A DNA stretch of 64,000 nt from the human T2T-CHM13v2.0 reference genome, Homo sapiens: assembly GCF_009914755.1 (NCBI RefSeq), contig NC_060935.1; one strand, given 5' to 3'. The position numbers were made by a program, and so were the translations under genes. Positions 42,421-56,096 of this stretch are shown here, one piece after another (position 1 is the stretch's first letter; each line of letters opens with the position of its first letter). The notes under the pieces were generated by a model. The model saw only the letters and a program-made list of their open reading frames with translations. It was not told the origin of the DNA and made no database searches.

Positions 42421-43658
42421 CCCATCCAAACTGTAAAAATATGGAAATTTATTAGTTCACACAAATAGTAATTAAGAGAATTGACTCTCTTCCAAGGTGA
42501 GTTGCTCTTATTCTGTTTTCCTGTAAATTTCTTGGATTTACCTTCTTACTTCAAAGGTTCATTTTCACTACAGTCATGAGATGGCTACAGCAGCTATGAA
42601 GCTCATATACATGACTGATAATATCCAGTGAAATTGAAGCAGAGATTAAAAAGCAACTTACTTCTGATTGCCGTCTCAAAATGAATACATAGCATTTCCA
42701 AAAAGATCCACAAATACTTGTATTAAAATTTATTTGGTCAAATTAGGTCATATACTTAAAAAAAATAATAAAATGGGGTATCTTAAGATAACTAAACAAG
42801 TTGGATTTATGTTCAAACAAGGAATGGATGGTAGGTGTTAATTGGGCAAATAATTGTAACTACAAAGTAACATGGCCACTGTAATGCTTCTTCTCCAGGG
42901 ACAAAATCATTAAGCAGTTTAACTGCTTTTATAGTAAATAAAATATCAAGTGATTAGATTTCCTCTGCAAACTTTTAAAGCTATATATTTCTCAAATATC
43001 TAGAATTCTTGAAACTTTGCTATTATAAAGGCATTTGTAGTTACATGTGGTAATGCTGCCACAGTTGGAAGGACAAAGACCAAAAATAGTATTGGCTTTC
43101 TGGATTATAGGAAGGACACATAGTCCATCACTACATATACAGAATAGCAATATCTCTAATTCTATACCTTTCAGTCTTGCACTTTCTTAACATTCCCTGT
43201 CTTTCCATGAAAAATTAATAGTGAAATTGGCATGACCTAACCTACATGCAATAAAGTAACATAGATCATACTTTTGGCAGATTAAACATTTTCAAGCAAT
43301 TAGACAGGCGGGTAGGACGAAGAGAAATATTTACAACAAGAAATTCTATGAGCAAAGCATAGGCTAGACAAATTCATGTAATGTCTAACACATCCCTATA
43401 GGGATTAATTCCAATGGAGTTGAAGAAACAAGCACTGTAAAAGACTAATTAAGTTTACCAATGTTGCACAGCTAATGAGCAGCCAGGCTGACTTTGAATC
43501 TTTCTCTGACTTCTAAGCCCATGTTCTCTCCAAAAGCAACTCCAACAAAATTATTATTTAAAAAATTAATTTCTAATAAAATAAATTATTTATGTATCAT
43601 TCTTTACTGGTAGACCAAGAATTATACTAAATAAGCAAATATTGAGGTATAAGACAAG

Positions 43659-44050
43659 CTGTTTTAGTTCAAGTTCCCCAGAAGTACAACTCAAATTGAG
43701 CATTTGTATTCAAGCGAATTATTAGGAAGAACCCAAAAGATAAACTGAAGAAACCAAGCAAGAATAAGATTTGAGGCAAAGTCACATGGAAGAAAATTTC
43801 AGCTAATTTCACTGGAAAAAGTTGCTGTGACCTGAGGCCAGAGACCTAAGATCTCACACCCCAATCTGTCACTCTTGGTATCATTGACTAAAGACTGTAC
43901 CAAAAGGATACAAACTCTCTGTGCTTGCAGGGCAAAGTGGCTCCTGTAGCCTGAAGGTAATCTACAGGTAAAGAGCTGCAAGTATAGACCTGAAGCTCAG
44001 GGAAGGGTTTACAGAAAGTTAATAAATCCAAGAGAATCTAAATAGAATGA
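43659..44050 (-). mobile_element. ERVL LTR remnant (LTR16/33-like)
   Basis: tgttttagttcaagttccccagaag...caagcgaatttattaggaag. Confidence 0.45.
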
Positions 44051-45681
44051 TTTTGTTGTTGGTTACTTCAGTCTTATACAAAAGAAAGGATGCATGCATA
44101 GAATAACCAAATCTGAAACCTTCCCAAAAGCTTAATTAAATTAAACAGTATCCTTGTGTTAATTTTAGATTACTGAATACCTCATAGTTATATAGACTGT
44201 AGGTTGATAATTTGTTCATAAAGGAAAAGCAAACTAAATATTTCCTCCTTTAGCAGAAGGATAAAAGATATATCCATTTGGGTGAGAAATGAATTCCTGG
44301 GTGTTATTAAAATTGGATTGATTTAAACTTCCATTTTTACCTGCCAAGGCTCAGGTAAGAATTGTAGCAGAGGGAAAATTAACAAAATAAATGGATTTGA
44401 GGTCACATTTATGATATGCAGTTGGTAGTTTATGTTGTATAGAAATGTCTGGGTTGCTGAAAATTGATAATGGAAACTCATGTAGCCCTCTAAATTCATG
44501 GTTTGGCTTTCAAGCCATTCTGGAAGTAATGTCCCATGATGCACTGCTATAAACATCAGCTGGTATACAAGGATTGATACCATACATATACTTGGAGTTT
44601 TTTTAAGCAATGTATTAGCTTCAAATTGAAAAAGAAAACCACATAAAGTTCCTTAATAAATGTGTTTCTGATTGAAACATATTGCTAATATTATTAAATG
44701 TCCCAGAGAGTAACTGACATAACATATTTACTTGTATTCACACTGCCATTTTTGTTGCAGATGGCTTATAAAACACTTACAAACACATTACTGTATGCAA
44801 AACATAATGCTGTTTCTGGAACTCTGGTTTTTATGGACTTTTATGGCTGAACAATTGATATTTACCTTTGGAGATTGGCTTAGAAGACCCTAAAGCAGCA
44901 CGACAGAAGATAAACTATGACTATTTGCTCATAATATGAGAACAGCAAAATAGCTAAAAGGCCTCTTTAAATATTCCTGGTATTAAAGCAGCATGACTGT
45001 TTAAAAGTTCAACATTTTACTTTCATACTAAGCAGTCTAGGTTCTTTCCCAATCCTGTTTGGTAAAAGAATCCCTGAGAGAACCTTTCAGAGAATTATGC
45101 CTTCTGTTGTTACTAAATACACTGAGTCTACTTACTCTTCATGTCTGGGGCTGTCTTTATCAGTGTGATAGTTACTACCTGCATTCATAGGTGCTAATTG
45201 GTGTCCAATAGTTTCAGAGTGACTGACACAGACCTAATATAAATAATGTCTTTAAATAGTGATTCAGTTACAAATGGTTCTCTCTGGGAAAAACAATAAC
45301 CAAAAAAAAGGCTATTTTTTAAATTCACTGTAAAGTTAAAGGCTATCTCAGAAAGGGTAAACTCTCAGTCCAAGAAAATTAATCAGACACTATATTCAAA
45401 CACCTAAGAGAAGATAGTATGTCAGCATTTAAGCAGTTAGAGACAGAGTAAAGGACAAATTTTTTACTGGTAGAGAAAAAAATAATAACATGTTGGAAAA
45501 ATAAAATTCACAATAAAAAGATTAATTTAGGAGCAAAGTAAGTATTACAAATAAAGAAATGAGGCATCAACAAAGCCCAAGATAGTTTGGAAGAAGACTT
45601 TGGGAAGAAGGTGGTATATTAGCATGTGTTGAAGGACAGAATTCACACAGGTAGAAGGGGTATAAAGATATAGTCATAACT

Positions 45682-45885
45682 CACACTGGGGCCCGGAGGG
45701 CAGAGGATGAGAGGAGGGAGACCACCAAGGAAAATAACTAGTGGATACTAGACTTAATACCTGGGTGACGAAATAATCTGTACAACAAACCCCCATGACA
45801 CACATTTACCTATCTAACAAACCTGTACATCCTGAACATGTACCCCTGAACTTATAATAAAAGTTAAAAAAAAAAAAAAAAAGAA
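45682..45885 (+). mobile_element. L1PA (about PA13) 3' end with poly(A)
   Basis: cttaatacctgggtgacgaaataatctgtacaacaaacccccatgacac. Confidence 0.9.
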
Positions 45886-46268
45886 AGCTGAGCTGTAGGA
45901 TTTGCTTCTGGGGAACAAAGAACAGTCTTGGCATAAGCTAAGAGTTACAGAGAGACAGTGGTGAGAACAAGACTGTGAAGGCTAGCCAGTCTCTATCATT
46001 TAGGACCGCAGGCAGCGTTGAAGATTTTAACTTGTTGGCACTGAGAATCCATTAAATGTGTCTGAGCAGAGGGGTGACAATTGCAGGCTTTGCTCTACTC
46101 TATGCCAGAACAGAGACTATCAATTACCAAAGATTCTATTCTCTCTCCTAGCAGAATGGAGGCTTGATGGAACAATTTCTACTGTGGGCAGGGAGTGGGA
46201 GGAGAGAGGAATGGAAGCCTTTCCGAGTAGTCAATACTCCTAAAGGTTGCACAGCTTGTGCTTTTCTG

Positions 46269-46510
46269 TATATAAAAGGGAATAATTAGGCCCAGTGGGT
46301 GTTACATCATAACATGCACTTTATGACTGGGTTTACACAATGCCAGATGACTGGAGAGCTTTGTTTTATTGTTGTTAACTGCTCATTTTTGTTCAACGCA
46401 AGCTAAGCCTACGGCTAATGCTTCTAACAATGCAGCTGGGGGCATTTGTATAGTGGAACTTTCCATGCCAACTTTCAAAATTACGTAAAACAAGAAGTCT
46501 TTATGTAATG
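46269..46510. promoter_or_regulatory. Candidate enhancer/promoter motif cluster
   Basis: TATAAAAG 46271-46278, AACAATG 46426-46432, CAGCTG 46433-46438, GGAACTTTCC 46455-46464, TTACGTAA 46481-46488, TTATGTAA 46501-46508. Confidence 0.35.
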
Positions 46511-48804
46511 TTTTCACATAGTAAGCACAGGGAGCTACAAATATGTTGGAAAGGGCCTTCTTTCAAATGGATGACAAAGCCAAAATGAATGAGTTATTTA
46601 ACCTGCAACATTAACCTTGTTTTTAGAACTTAGAGTGATTTGTCTGGGTCAATGACATGCATAGAAATAATTGGAAATGCTGTGTGAAAAAAGTAAGCCA
46701 ATGTTCTGTAGTGGCAGCAGCATGGGATTTAAAAACAGAAAAAACAAATTTTATTTTTCTTTTTCAATACTCATCAGCTGCATGACCTAAGTAGTTGCTT
46801 CTCTAAGCTTCATTACAGATATCTTTCCGTAGAGAATTGATTAAATATTTTAAAGTGAATTCGTACAAAATAATACAACCATTAAAAAGTATATATATGC
46901 ATATTTCTTGAGACAAAATTTTGTGTACAGCATATACACAATGTATATGCTATACATTCTTTATACAATGTATAGAAAATGTTCACAATGTTACTTGTAT
47001 AGTATGAGATGTGTGTGCTTGTATATGTGTATATATATACATATACATACAATCATAGGGCCATGATTTTAAAAGCGATTGTCATGTCAACAGTTTATCT
47101 TTCCTGATGATTAGATGTGGGTAAATGTTTTCTTCTTTGAAATTGTTTATATATTGTTATTTATTGCTAAAACTTGTGTGCCTTAAAAAGTACATTAAGG
47201 CTTTTAAACAAAAAATGAAAAAGGGCATTGACTCGGGCGCATTCTCTTCAGCCTTTTGAATTTCACCCACAGGATCACTAATTACACACAATTATCAGTG
47301 AAGATGCACAAAGTTATTTATCTATCTTACCCAGAACTTTGGACTTTGCTGCATAATAGGATAAGAGCCAGAAGTCTTTAGTAAGAATTCCATAGGGAAT
47401 CTTTAGGCTAGAATTATATGTAAACAGTATTTAATTAATGGATATATCTAGCATTTTATTTCTGGAATATGTTTATTTTATTTCATTTAACTACAAAAGT
47501 AAAGCAAAAGAGAGAGAAGGTTGTGGTAGAGAAAGAAACAGGTCTTAGGCTAGCTTTCCAACCAAATAAGCACCTTTAATTGGTGATGGTGGTGATAAGA
47601 AGGATGGTCATTACCAAGAAAATGCAAATGAAAAGAGAGGAAAGGGCTAGAAACTCCTCTACTTCCCACAAATTAACTGCAGTTCCAAAACACCTGAGAA
47701 TTCATTCCCAATATATTAAGAAATAATTTTAATGTAGAATACATAAAAATATACCACCTGTATCTAAAATAAAAGTTAAAATTTAAAAAATATAAACTTC
47801 CAAAATAAGAGTATTCATGTAAACTATTAATACATGCAAAGTTAGATAAGTCCAGTTTGCAATAATGAAAATAGCCACCACCTCAAAAAGAAAAAAAGCA
47901 TAGCTAAAGCACCAGCAAACGTAACAAAAAGGCATCTTTGTTGAATTGAAGTTAATAGAGGAGCAATAAAAAGAGATCAGAAGTCTGTGAGCATTCAGAG
48001 ACAATCGTTCTTATATGTCTTAATGTGTATGTTTTAGACCCAATTTAGCTCTCTGCTAAGATTGAAAAATGATGGACTTTTCCAGTGTTTAACTACATTA
48101 CCATGTTCTGATCCTAGCATTGGATGTTTCTGGATATATTGCTGCTGAAGAAACAGCCAAATACTGTGGGCTCACTTGGTTTGCCATTTACTTCTTAAAC
48201 ATATCAGTTTTCTAGTAATGTTGCTTTTCATAGGTAAATGGCTCCTCCGTCAAAGAGCACATTTGCATACCTTTCAAATCTCATCACCCTAAAGTAATTA
48301 TCACTTGATCATAAAATACCTTTTCAAGCACTGAACGATGACACTGAGTGGTTTGTCACACAAAATTTATGGGAAATAAGCAAGGAAATGTGCCGTGTGT
48401 CTAAAAGACTTCTTTTAAAGAGAATATTTTGGCTTCTAGTAGATTTCTTTGCAATCTGTCCTTTAAAGAAGTATTTGTGGCTTCTGGCTGATATAATTTA
48501 AATATTCTATAGCTAAATTTCTTTGTTTATGCACTACTTTATTTGCATGCATGAAATCACTCTCCAAAAATGCTTCCAAATAAGATAAGAGCACTCTAAC
48601 ACAATGCTATTTGGAGGCCAGGGTTTTCTGTTATTTTGCATTATGTCCTTCTGTACAAGGTTAAAGAAAAGTCTGCAATTTTAGACAGATCTGGAATGTG
48701 TGAGTAATTGTCTGTAAAGGAATTTCTAAAAAAAATAAGTAAATAACATTTATAAACCCTCACATATCTTTTTAAGGAAGCACAGAACACACTAATAGCA
48801 ATTT

Positions 48805-49035
48805 GGTGGTATAACGGAAAATACCTCCTTCAAGGATATTAGGTTGAGACCAACCTAGTCTTGAATTTTGTATATTTTACTTATTAGCCATATCACTTTT
48901 GGTAATATACTTGAATTTTTAGTCTATTTCCTCATATGTAGCATAAGAATTATAATAGTTATTTCTTGAGTCTGATGTAAGAATAACATAGCACTAAGTC
49001 TGTCAAATGTGTTGCACATTATAAAGCACAAAAAA
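48805..49035 (+). mobile_element. MIR
   Basis: ggtggtataacggaaa...tttcctcatatgtagcat...tataaagcac. Confidence 0.6.
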
Positions 49036-49289
49036 GTACTTAACTGCTGTTAGTTTGCTATCCTTCTAAATTAACGTTTAGAAGAAGTAAAAATACTTTT
49101 ACTATGTTACAATAAAAATAGGAATTATGTGACACCAAATTGTATAATATACTCATTGAATAGTGACTCTCATTCTGATTATTAATTATATTTTCCTCTC
49201 CCAATTATATTTCCATATCTTCCTTATTTTGAGAATAGCATTTTTGCACGATATTGCCTAAAATGTGTTAAGTAACCTTCTGGAAGTAT

Positions 49290-50240
49290 GTCAGAGACTG
49301 GCAGGTACTTTGCAATATTTGTTCACTCCTCTTCCTGAGCACATAGATCAACTCCATTTTCCATGCATGCCATGGTTTTTGTTTACCAAGAAAGAATGTG
49401 AACAGCTGCAAGTTCTGGCCCAAAACTCTCCTGCATGTGGTATTCTCCATCTTTGTCTTCTTCGTGGTGGTTGGGATAGAGATGCACCAATGGTGATCTC
49501 CGAAGTCTTAGGTAGAATATAGTGAAGACACAATGGAAGTAATGATGTGCAATAATCTGCAGTAATGAACACTTCCAATGATTATCACATCTGGATAATC
49601 AAGCTTTTGTGTAGTCCCTTCACAAATTGAATCAAGGCTGAACTGTGTGACACATACAATACTGTGGAAGTGATGTTGTGTGACTTCTAAGACTGTATCA
49701 AAAACTGCAATGCAACTCCCACTTTTGTTTCTTGACTTGCTTCTTCTACTTGGATTTCATGGTGACACTCAAGAAACCCCATGGAGAAGCCCATGTGGGG
49801 TGTAATGAGAAACCTGCCAACAGTCAGCATCAATTGCCAGCTATGTCAGTGAGTCCCTTGGAAGCTACTGAAAGCTTTCATCCTTCATCAGGCTCACAGA
49901 TGACTACATCCCTGGCCAATATGTGACTCCTCATGAGAAATGCTTAGTTAGAACTGCCTAGCCAAGCTGCTTCCAAATTTCTGACCCACAGAAACTGTAA
50001 GATATAGTACATGTGTTGTTATCGCTACTGTTAATCCACTTACATTTTGGGGTTACTTACATTTAGGAGTAACTTGTGCCATAGCTTTAGATAACTAATA
50101 TACCTGGGAATCTGAACCATAGCTTGAAGGAGATTCTCCCAATCAGGAATAGTTGCTTCAGAATTCAGTTGAACAAGGACATATTTTCATTATGTAAGCA
50201 ATTACAATTTGTTTCAACATATGCATTTGCTTATCTAACA
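49290..50240 (+). mobile_element. MLT1J-like LTR with a nested MLT1F/G-like LTR (about 49546-50102)
   Basis: gaagtgatgttgtgtgacttctaagac, cctgccaacag, ctgacccacagaaactgtaagat, tagataactaata. Confidence 0.7.
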
Positions 50241-50253
50241 CTGTTATCATCTA

Positions 50254-50477
50254 GATTTTCTTAACCTCTGAGGTTCAGGCTTATTAACATTTTGGACTGA
50301 ATAATGTTTTTGCTGTGGGAAGATGTCCTGTACTTTGTAGGATGTTTCACAGCATCCTTGACCTCCACTCACCAGATAGCAGTAGCAACATTTTTCCCAA
50401 GTTATGACAATCAAAAATGTCTCTGAACTTTCTCAAATGTCCCTGGGAGTACAAAATCACCCAGTTGAAAATAACTG
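50254..50477 (-). mobile_element. MER20
   Basis: tgtaggatgtttcacagcatcc...gacaatcaaaaatgtctc...caaaatcacccagttgaaaataactg. Confidence 0.85.
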
Positions 50478-51219
50478 AGCTAGAGAGAGATTGATATTAA
50501 TTTCAATACTAAGCTAATGTGATATTGGTCATGTCAGTTAACCTTATTTTCTTCATTTATAAAATCAAAGTGAATTAGACAGATGAGCTTTAACTCTGAA
50601 ACTTGACAAGTCTTCTTTAAAGCTCTTCTTTAAAGAAGACAAGTCTTCTCCTTATGACTATATCAGTATCATAAAATTATTTAGTAGTAGCACAGTATAT
50701 AATATTTTTTAAAGGGAGAATTTAAAGAGAAGTCTTTTAGAATAGATTAGGGGAAAGGAAAATTCACAAACTTCAGATATATTACACTTTGCCATAGAGA
50801 TCATGCCTAGGGAAAAACACATCTTCTTGGTGCATCACAGAATATTACTTGAAAAATAGTGACACAATATTTTTCACATTCTGATACAATCTTTAGCATG
50901 ATTTAATGATTTCATTTAAAATTGTTGTTTCCAGATCTCATCCTTCATTGGATATCACAAAACTAAGCTAAACATTAGTCTATCTGTTTTTGAATCAAGA
51001 AGGTTTTCCACTTGCTGCACTTTCTCCAAAGTTTTTGAAATTCTACAAAATATGATACTTTACATTCACTGAAACAAGTATGTCTTCCATATCAGTATTT
51101 CAACAAGGGAAATTAAGGTATCTTTTGGTGTCAGAATGAACCAATCTGGTTAAAGAAGGGTCCTTGAGGAAAGGAATAATTTTTTAATTCTGTACTTTCT
51201 GGCAACTTCACTAAGGCAA

Positions 51220-51350
51220 TACAGCATAGTGGTTAAGAGTATTGATCCTGGAGGTAGAATTCCTGGTCAAAATTGAAGCTCTACCACTTGTCATTTGAAA
51301 ACCATTAAACCACTGTGTACATGAATTATCTCCTATGTAAAATGAAAACT
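51220..51350 (+). mobile_element. MIR 5' portion
   Basis: cagcatagtggttaagagt...gctctaccactt...tgtaaaatg. Confidence 0.7.
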
Positions 51351-51739
51351 AGTTTTCATGTTGGCCAAAAGAAAAGGAAGTCCCACCATCGTTTCTAGAC
51401 TATCAAAAATTCTGAGGGGTACCCGTTTTTACCTCCATTTTCTTAATTCTTCCTTACATACGAGAAAAAGAGATGAATACTGTGTTTCCAGTAAGTACTA
51501 CAAAAACAAGACCCTCCAACCTCTGGCCTAGATCTCACTCTATTGCTGTATCTTACCTGTTGCAATTAAATAAGTTATTTTGGATTATGAAGGTCTCAAA
51601 TTCTATGTTGCTAAAGGGAGATATTAGGCCATGTTTTATTCTCCAATTTAGTTTTTCCAGTAAGATACCTTATAAAATAATTTTTTTTGAGTTTTTGTTG
51701 TATTTGAATAGAAAGTGGAAAGTCCCATAGTTTTCCTTT

Positions 51740-52175
51740 ATTACTTTTGTGCTCACTGGCTGTCGCTCCCCTCACCACATACTAGATAATCCCAGCACGT
51801 GGGTATCCTTTCACTAGAACTGCACTCAGGCTACCCCAAATCACTTTACCTGTAGGTACTGTGAGTGGGAGTGTCTACATTTGTACATCCACTGGAGTTA
51901 GAGGTTAACCACTGAGTCGCCTATTAAAAGATATAAACCCAAGTTTTCTTGTCTCCTGATTAATGTGTGATCTTCACTCTCTCCATGCCTATCCTGCGAA
52001 ATCGAGCCAAAATTTATTTCTGTAGGACTTTTTTAGACACCGAAAACTTGGTTTACTCACATGGAAATCTTATTTCTTCATGTTTCTTCTGGTTTTGTCC
52101 TGTGAACATTTCCTGTAATCACTTTCACAAAGTCATTATGTCAGTATCTACTTCTGGGGAATCCACCATAAAATG
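51740..52175 (+). mobile_element. ERVL LTR16-like remnant
   Basis: 3' end aatcactttcaca...tctacttctggggaatcca. Confidence 0.5.
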
Positions 52176-52402
52176 AGTAGAGTGACAAGAGTGAGAAAGT
52201 CTCCACTGAGAATGAGTAAACATTCTTCCCAGTCTTTAAAACAAAAGCAAGCTTTGATGGTTTGACCTACCTCAGTTCCACCAAAGAAGGCTATGTATTT
52301 TTCAAGGGAAGAGAAGAATTTTACCTTTTCTCAGTAAAAAGAAAAGCAAACATGATGGCAGGCCCCAGCTCCTCTCTTGCTTTCTACATTTGCCCCCTTT
52401 TC

Positions 52403-52478
52403 TTTTTTAAAAAATTTATTATTTTTTTTTATTTTACTTTAAGTTCTGGGGTACATGTGCAGAATGCACAGGTTTGTT
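52403..52478 (-). mobile_element. Very short L1PA 3' end
   Basis: ttttactttaagttctggggtacatgtgcagaatgcacaggtttgtta. Confidence 0.85.
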
Positions 52479-53474
52479 AGTGACCTCTGTCCCTCACCTT
52501 GATTAGCTGATTGACTGCAAGGCTTGCAAAATGATTCTCAGAAAACATTTTTCTGATGTTTATCAGGGCTCTCAGCAATGAATATGAAAACATGAATAGT
52601 CCACAAAAATGTGGGTGTTTTGGTTAAGTAAAAAACAAAACAAAACAAAACTGCTTGAACCAAAACTGCTAGACAGGTGAGCAACTATCCCGTATCCTAT
52701 AAAAATCCTGTCACTGTTTCTTCCGGGAGTCAACTTGTATGCAGGTGCTTCCTGATCTATATCAACCGAATAAAGCCTTTCTTCTCCATTTAAGTCACTT
52801 AGATTAATTTCTTTTTATATCTCACCTTGATCACTAAAAAGCAGAAAAAAGAATCTGGAAACCTTTCTAATGCATTCACAATGGTGCCAAGGTACAAGAG
52901 CTAGTCTGTGTTTCTTCATAAAATATTATAATGACAATGTTTATGCCACTCCTCTCACTAGGATCAATGAATGACTATAATCTATTTTCTAAAATTATAG
53001 AAATGGACAAACTCATAGCTCATGGTTAATGTGTTAAAAATTGGTTAGACTTTCCTTTCAATAATTTCTTCCCTTTTATTGTCATAGCAATTTGAAAGTT
53101 GGTAGCTGTCTTATAACAGCAGGGCCTAGGCAAATCATATTTCTCCAACTGATTCAGTAACAAACATTTGTCTTCCACATTTTTCAATCAATATAAAACA
53201 TTCCAGTGGCATCAACCTCATGTCATTTCCCAAGCCTAACTAATGCTTGGCTCAGATTTTGCTCAGGAATCGAGGAAAAATATTTACTGCAACAAATGTT
53301 CTTTGTGCATAGAGCAACTGATTTACTGTTGGAAGTAGACATCCATCCAAGTTCTATCTCAGAAAGAGTAAGAGAAAAGAATATAAATTTCAAAAAGTCA
53401 GCAGAAAGTACAGGAAAGTCCAGAATCTTGGCAAAAAAGGCAAGAGATGAGTTTGGGAATAAATTTTCACATAC

Positions 53475-53541
53475 CACAAATTCGAGAATCTCTAAGTCAC
53501 TTTCTTCTGCTTCCATTAGTGTTATTTCTAAAAGAATGGGC
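53475..53541 (-). other. Candidate 67-nt internal exon (minus strand)
   Basis: Acceptor cttcacttcccacatag| and donor GTG|GTATGT; purine-rich GAAGCAGAAGAA inside. Confidence 0.3.
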
Positions 53542-53899
53542 CTATGTGGGAAGTGAAGCATTGACATTGAAAACAACTTGTAATTCCCTCAGGGTTTAGG
53601 AGAAAAATTGACATTATAGATATAGTTGAGGTAAAAAGAAAATCAGTAAATGAATCATCTTATATGATTATGATATATTCTGACAAATTTGCTCTTTTTA
53701 GGTTTCTTCTGCATCATTGCTTAGTCTATTTATATCACATTTTGCTATAAGGTGCCACACATAAAAGGAAGGTAATTCAGTAATGAGATATAAAGTAGGA
53801 TAGCTATATCATTGAAAGAACTTAGATTTTGGTTTTAATGAAAACTAATTGAATTAAACAATTAACTCTGATCAAACTTACACTTGATGTAAATGGCCT

Positions 53900-54120
53900 G
53901 TTTGAAGTATAAAAATAAACCCTGGCTTCAAAATTTTAAACACAGGCCTGACACTTAACAGATAAGAGATACTAGGCAACTTCTTAAAATTACTTTGTTG
54001 TTAATTTTAGTCTCTGAAGTAAAAATTAAATACCTTAACAATTTTTATGTAAGTAATATAGTCTAATGTGTTGAACAATAAGTAATTCACTAAATGTGTA
54101 TTGATTTATTTATGTTGTAA
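53900..54120 (+). mobile_element. MIR, degenerate
   Basis: aaccctggcttcaaa...acacttaac...ctaggcaac...taagtaattcactaaatgt. Confidence 0.4.
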
Positions 54121-54627
54121 CATCATACGCGTCTTCTTCATATACTGCCCTCAATATATTTACTATTAATATTGTCTCATCACATCCACAAATAATATAT
54201 AGCCCAGCACTTATATTCTAAATTAGAAAGTATTGTTCAAAAATATTTATTGGCTTCAAAATAATTTGTCACTCATACCTGATTGAAAGGGATAGAATCT
54301 TTTGTTAAAGTAAGGAACATTTGTTTCTACATTATTACATATGGGGTAAAATTAATTTCTTCTTATAAATTAATTTGTCAATAGATGGCCCTAGTGAATA
54401 TTGGAACATATTTCAAAGGACAAATCTTTGAATAAAGGATATTAATGTGAGGTTAGGAAAAATCCAGTCCCAATGTACTGGACACTTAACATAATGCAAA
54501 ACAAACTGTCACTATAGTCTTATTCCTCAACACATGATTACTACAATTACCTTTGAAGTTATTCATCACATAAAATTATTTTGTTCTTTCACTCAATCTT
54601 GCCTTCATTTAAAAAATGACCTATTAT

Positions 54628-56096
54628 ATGTCAGACAGTGGGTTAGTATCCACACATATATCTCCCTGCTCTCTCTGTTTAGAGAGCCTAGAAGCAATGA
54701 GATTCCAGTAGCAATACGCATATCTAGCACCCAGATATTTGTTTCTAATACCATTCCCCAAAAAAGGGAACCAGGGCTTCTTGAAAAAAATGTCTGAATT
54801 TAAGACAAGGGATAAGAAAAACACAAGATGAGCCCAGGGCCTCTTGTTGTTCCAGAAAGTAAGGATGTGCTCAAACAAGTAAATAAAAATGCCACTCACA
54901 CACAGACATAATGGTGTTAGAATGTGAAAGAGACACTGAAACTAACCAAGAAAGTGCCCAATGACCAAATCTAGATAATTTGAGCAAGAAAATAAATAAG
55001 ATAATTGTATTAGTCCATTTTCACACTACTATAAAGAAATGCCTGAGACTGGGTAATTTATAATAAAAGAGGTTTCATTGACTCACAGTTCTGCATGGCT
55101 GGGGAGGCCTCAGGAAACTTAGAATCATTGTGGAAGGCAAAGGGGAAGCAGGCATCTTCTTCACAAGGCAGCAAGAGAGCAAGCATAGGAGAAATTGCCA
55201 TTTATAAAACCATCAGATGTTGTGAGACTTACTTACTATCCTTGAGAACAGCATGGGAAAAACTGCCCCCATGATCCAATCCCCTCCCACTGGATCCCTC
55301 CCTCAACACTTTGGGATTACGGTTCTAGATGAGATTTGAGTGGGTACACAGAGCCAAACCATATCAATAACGTTATAAGTAAAACAGATACCCATAAATC
55401 CAAGCTGATATAAATAAATGCTTTAATAATTGAAGAAGAATAGACAAATCTCTTATATAGAAGAATTGCTACTAATGTATTTTGAGACTCTGTCTTTAAA
55501 GTTGTGGAGCAGCACATAATGATTTCCAAAAAGTTATGGAAACAAGAAAAAAAGCATATAGTGGAGAATCTTGACAAACACTACTTCAATCAGACAATGA
55601 AGGTCAACATGAAAACTGCATAGTATGTACCCTGGATATGATGTGGTAAGACATTGCAACTAGAGAGGTGTTTTCTCACCCAAAATTCATAACTTCAATA
55701 TAGTCATGAGAATAATGACAGATAAATCCCAACTGGGGGACATCCTACAAAATACCTTATAAATATTCCTTAAAGCTGTCAAGGTCATTAAAAACAAGGA
55801 AGTCTGAGAAACATTATAATTAATAAGAGCCTAAAGAGACTTGACAACTAAATGTAATGTGTTAACCTAGATGAGATCCTGGAACAGGAAAAAGTACCTT
55901 AGATAATAACTAAGTACATGTGAATAAAGTATGGATTTGAGTTAGTTATGTATAAATATTGATCATTAATTGTAGAAAAAATACTATACTAATATAAGAT
56001 GTTAACAATATGGGAAATTGGATGTGGGATATATGGGATCTCTTTGAGCTATCTTCACCATTTTCCAAAAATCTAAAACTTTTCTAAAATTAAAAC
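54628..56096 (+). mobile_element. L1MC3-like 3' end, interrupted by THE1
   Basis: agagcctagaagcaatga...ccagaaagtaagga; ctgtcaaggtcattaaaaacaagg; gatcctggaacagg. Confidence 0.8.
55006..55366 (-). mobile_element. THE1C/D-like solo LTR
   Basis: tgtattagtccattttcacact...gccaaaccatatca; near-TSD ataat/ataac. Confidence 0.92.

Noticed and set aside
53206-53576. Antiparallel 116/117-aa ORFs as a protein-coding gene
   Set aside because: Non-ATG starts and no recognisable homology; kept only as a candidate exon
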